Source: the human T2T-CHM13v2.0 reference genome, Homo sapiens
DNA: 64,000 nucleotides
NCBI RefSeq assembly: GCF_009914755.1
Contig: NC_060947.1
Direction: 5' to 3' (one strand)
The notes below the pieces were generated by a model. That model was not told the DNA's origin, searched no databases, and saw nothing but the letters and a program-made list of their open reading frames with translations. Each line of letters starts with the position of its first letter. The first letter of the stretch is position 1. Positions 56,621 to 64,000 of this stretch are shown one piece after another. The translations under genes and the position numbers were made by a program.

Positions 56621-58044
56621 TTCAAAAACCCTTTTTTGAGCCCTGCGATCAGGAATTTATTCAAAGTAGAGCTAAAATAGCTAATAATTCACAGGAAAAA
56701 ATAAATGATTTGATAGAGACAGAGTCTGAGTATAGACGAAAAATTAATGCCACATTTAAATTTGTTGATTTCTCATACTATAGAGGATTAGAAAGTGTAA
56801 CATAAGGTAATTATTTCTAAAGTTAATATTGAAGGAAGAAACTAGCTATATTCTCTGATATTTTGACTGTGTCCAGTAAATTATAAGAGGTCGAGATATG
56901 ACCTACAGTATTCTTGGATCTATGTCACAACAAATCATGTTTAATGGGATTCTTAATACAGTATATATTTTTTCTTCAAAAGGTGACTTCTGTAGAATCA
57001 TCCTCATATTGTATCTCTTGCCAGTCAACATGTGAGCTTTAGAAATTAATCACACATCATTGCTGAGGCTTTCATTTCTATCAAAATATTTTCTACAAAA
57101 ACAAAAGTGGTAAATAATTTAACAGTTGGAGAAACTAAAGCGGATTTTCAGCAAAAGCTCTCCTTTGCCTGACCCTTTGATGTGGAGAAGAGCAGGAATA
57201 AGATGAGAGTTTAGTCAGTGTAACTTCCTCAATAAATCTACCTATATTCAGCAGCATAAAGTACTTTTTGAAATCCTCTAAACATAGCAGTCAGAAAAAA
57301 ATGAAAGGAGAAAAGCATAAAGCAGCAAGAAATTAGATTAACTATCCCAGTGAAGGTACCCTAGAGGGAAAATAATTTGATTTTTCACAAACATACCCAG
57401 CACAAAAGATGAATAAAAACTACCTGCTTTTATTGTATTCCTGCCTGCTAGGATGGCTTAATGCTTTGCATATTTCATAGCTATTGGTCTTCAGAAAGAA
57501 ACCTGTTAGAAATATAGTGCAGTTTGGGGTTTATATCCAGTGATACTCTGAATATATCAGAGGGTAGAGACAGGAAAGTAATAAAGGAAATTTAAAGTCC
57601 AGCGGGTGCTTGATGGTTTCTAGGTAGTTAGCATCCTAATTTAGAAATTAATTGGAAGATTAAGCAGGAAATGTTCATTGCCAGCTTTGTCATTTATTTG
57701 TTTGCATTTTTCCTCTGCCAGAGTACTTAATAAAGATGAATAACTCTTAAATATGAAATTATGATAACAAATGGATACCACATAGTATTACTAAAGAGAG
57801 TAAGATCTGAATTGTTTTCCCCTTCAGAACTTAATAGTACCGTCTTTTTAATAAGCAGAAACAAACAAACAAACAAAAATGAACAAAACCAAGTCTCTGG
57901 GGTGTCTTTTATATGGGTAATTTAAAGGTTTTATATAGGCTTTGCAGTAGTTACTCCTGAACATTCCATTTTTTCACCTCCTTTCTTACCATTTGATTTA
58001 TGGCAGAGATCTCAGCAGCAACAACGGAAGCCAAAAGAAAAATA

Positions 58045-58745
58045 AAATAAAATAATATCATCAAATGCTGGGAGAAAAATAGCTTTTAATCTAGAATTGA
58101 GTACCCTGAAAGTTATCTTTCAATAATGACAACTATACTTTCATATAGATAAGAACTAATACAGCTAACCACCAGTAAACCTTTCACTAAAGCAAGTTTT
58201 AAAGAATGTAATTTGAGGAAGGGAAATGACAGAAAAAGTTCTTGATTATAAAAGTGAAAAATAATAAAAGAGGTTGCTGGTAGATTACATGTAGATTAAT
58301 CAAATTTTTCAAATAAAAGAATGACAATTTTGTGATTTATTTTAAAGTTTGTTTTGAAGTGGATTGTTTGTTTTATAGGTGTTATAAGAATTTTGCATGA
58401 TTGAGGCAGAAAGTCAAGTTTATAATTTGTTAAGAATGCATGGTAAAACTTCAAGAGTAACCATTAAAATAAGAGACATTTCAGTAATATAAAAAGGCAA
58501 GGTATCCAACAGAATATATTATTGGCACAAATATCAATTAACAAAAGCTCAATGACAAAAAATATGTTTTTAAATATGCATTTAGAAATTATGCATACTC
58601 TCCTATGTTACTCATAAATCAAAGAATTTATAATGAAATATTAAACATATATCTGAACAAGAATGATGATGTAAGTAAAAATAGATGGGATGTAACAGCG
58701 GTAGTATATAGAGTAAAACTACTGACTGTAAAGGCTTATATAATA
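58045..58745 (+). mobile_element. very old L1M/L1ME ORF1-ORF2 fragments
   Basis: tcaaatgctgggagaaaaat...tctagaatt...ttatctttcaa; aaatagatgggatgtaacagcggtag. Confidence 0.45.
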
Positions 58746-58749
58746 GAAC

Positions 58750-59062
58750 AAGAATCAGCAAATATTTCTGTAAAGTGCTGGAGAGTATACATTTTTGACT
58801 CTGCAGGCCAAAAGATCTCTTCCACAGTTCTTCCACTCTGCCTCAACTCAAGAAGCCGTACATATTATGTGAAGATGCGAAGGTTGCTCTGTCCCAATTA
58901 AATTTTATGAACATTGAAATTTGGATTTCATATAATTTTCATGTGTTCCAAAATGTTATCCCTTTCTTATTTTTCATGCATTTTATAAAATAAAAATCAT
59001 TCTTAGATCACAAGCCATAGAAATATAGGCGTCGAGCTAAATTTGGCTCATGACCTATAGAG
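58750..59062 (+). mobile_element. MER58B-like hAT-Charlie element
   Basis: tcagcaaatatttctgtaaag...gcaggccaaa...attgaaatttggatttcatataattttcatg...aatttggctcatg. Confidence 0.7.
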
Positions 59063-59265
59063 ACTTGTAACAGAAGAAATACTAAAAATGAATGGGCTAA
59101 GTGTTTAAGAATTTAGGGGGGAAAAGCATCAGCTAAGATAATTTTATTAATGAATTTCTGCTTGTCAAAATATAATTACCTTCTGCTACTTTTTAAAATC
59201 TTATTTGAAGTATAGTTAAAAGCTCCAAATCTATTCTCCATACCCCTTACCTTCTCTCTCCTGCT

Positions 59266-61865
<2,600 letters not shown>

Positions 61866-63260
61866 TGTTTTTGATTTTCTTAAAATTTTTGAGACTTGTT
61901 TTGTGGCCTATCATATGATCTGTCTTAGAGAATGTTCCATATGTTGATGAGAAGAATGCATATTCTACAGGTGTTGGGAGATTGTTCTGTAAATACTTGT
62001 TAAGTCTACTTATTTTAGGGTATAGTTTAAGTCCATTGTTTCTTGGTTGACTTTTTTTTTTTACTGAAGATCTGTCTAGTATTGTAAGTGGAGTATTAAA
62101 GTCCCCCACTATTATTGTGCTGCTATCTATCTCATTTCTTAGGTCTAGTAGAAATTGTTTTATAAATTTGGGGCTCCAGTGCTAGGTACATATGAATTTA
62201 GGATTGTAATTTCTTCCTGCTGTACAAATTATTTTATCTTTATATACTGTTCTTGTCTTCTTTTTTTACTGTTTTTGCTTGAAAGTCCGTTTTTTTTTCT
62301 GATATAAGAATAGCACTTCTGCTCACTTTGGGTTTCCTTTTGTGGGGCGTATATTTTTTCACCCCTTTACTTGAAGTTTATATGAGTCCTTATGTGTTAG
62401 GTGAGTCTCTTGAAGACAGCAGATACTTGGTAGATTTTTATCCATACTGCTATGCTGTATCTTATCTTTTAAGTGGAGCATTTAGGCCATTTACATTCAG
62501 AATGAATATTGAGATGTGAGGCAGTATTCTATTCATCATGTTAGTTGTTTCCTAGTTACCTTTTTTTAACTGTGATATTGTTTTATAGATCCTGTGAGAT
62601 TTATGCTTTAAGGATTGGGTCATATCAAGCTTTTGTCTCAACATTTAGAACTCCTTTTAGAATTTCTTGTAGAGCTGATTTGGTAGTGACAAATTTCTTC
62701 AGCATTTGTTTGTTTGAAAAAGACTTTACCTCTCCTTCATTGATGAATCTTGGTTTTACTGGATACCAAATTCTTAGCTAACAATTATGTTGTTTAAGGA
62801 AACTAAAGATATGACCTCAATCCCATCTGGCTTTTAAGGTTTCTGCTGAGAAGTCTGCTGTTAGTCTGATACGCTTTCCTTTTTAGGTTATCTAAGCTTT
62901 TGTCTCACAGCTCTTAAAATTGTTTCCTTCATGTTGACTTTAGATAGCATGATGACTATGTGCCTTGGTGATGATCATTTTGCAATGATTTTCCCAGAAG
63001 TTCTTTGAGCTTCTTTTATTTGGACATCTAGATCTCTAGCAAGGCCAGAAAGTTTTCTTCAATTATTTTCTCATATAAATTTTCTAAACTTTTAGACTTT
63101 TCTATCTCAGAAACATCAATTATCCTTAGGTTGTAATTTATTTTAAATTTCTTTAAGGTACTTTTACCTTTCTCTGGTATCTCCTTGAGTAGCTTAATTA
63201 TCAACCTTCTGAAGTCTTTATCTAGCATTTCAGAATTGTCATCTTGGTTTAGATCTATTG
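61866..63260 (-). mobile_element. L1PB/MA-type ORF1-endonuclease fragment
   Basis: Track 61837-62109 GDFNTPL...YAFFSSTYGTFSKTDHMIGHKTSL (EN domain); ORF1 EKIIEENF (63028-63375). Confidence 0.88.
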
Positions 63261-63359
63261 ATGGGGAACACTTATTATACTGCAGAGTTTGTATGAGTTC
63301 ATTTCTCAGACCACCTATACTGTAATCATCTTTGTCATTATAACATATAATATAGATTC

Positions 63360-63475
63360 TTTGTCCAGACACCAAGCATGCCCAATCAAAATCTCAGAGA
63401 GGAGAGGACTGAAACTGCTCTTTTTAACAAGCTGTCCAAATGATATGATGCATGTATACCTAATTTTGAGAACCA
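63360..63475. mobile_element. MER5-type relic
   Basis: aatcaaaatctc...tttttaacaagctgtccaaatgat...tttgagaacca. Confidence 0.5.
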
Positions 63476-64000
63476 TAACAATAGAGGGTAGTTAAGTCTT
63501 GAAAATTAGCCTTTTGTTAAGCTCTACTTTTTCCCTTCATGCTATTACTTAAGTTTTGCCTAACTTTAGAGAGTTCTTAACTTAGAAGGGCTACCAGTCG
63601 GTTCATCATTAGTATAGTTGTCAAAGGAAGCTTTTTGACAGCCCCTTACTAGATCAACCACAGGTTTGAAGAATACCTCATACCCATACTGCTTCTACCA
63701 AAAAACACACCACTTCCCCACCAACCATAGCCTCTGCTGGGGGCTGCAAATCTATTAGATTAATTTCTTAAGGAAATCCTTGATGATTTGTCCCTTGATT
63801 AGGTTAAAATATGATATTGCACAGGATAATTAATGTATTTGGTTAATGTTCTAATTTTCAGAGAGAAGGGCCCTGATGGTGTGAGACACAGATAAATTCT
63901 AATAGAGAAGAACAGAGGAAAGATCTGCAACATTGTATTACTTCACATGGAAAGCCAGAAGAATCAAGAGATTACACAACATCCATATATGGTGATATTT

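Overview
AT-rich primate (human or great-ape-like) genomic DNA, gene-poor and dominated by transposable elements. It holds L1 copies from L1M to L1PA2/3 age, AluJ/S/Y, MaLR LTRs including two proviruses with both LTRs, L2/MIR relics, and DNA transposons including a near full-length HSMAR2 mariner. I find no intact protein-coding or RNA gene; almost all ORFs in the supplied track are chance frames inside repeats. The one gene-derived sequence is a degraded processed pseudogene of UBE2D3 (~40.2-41.4 kb). The most notable structures are three. (i) A head-to-head pair of L1PA 3' ends that share apparently private variants and are joined by a 15-nt inverted L1 filler (59.3-61.9 kb). (ii) A ~0.37-kb micro-inversion bounded by a perfect 12-bp inverted repeat that splits an MSTA LTR and an L1 (17.2-17.6 kb). 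(iii) A 2.1-kb almost pure A/T compound minisatellite that grew inside an L1PB (35.9-38.0 kb). I do not see support for a new multi-gene biological system. Subfamily names come from my recall of consensus sequences and need RepeatMasker/Dfam confirmation.
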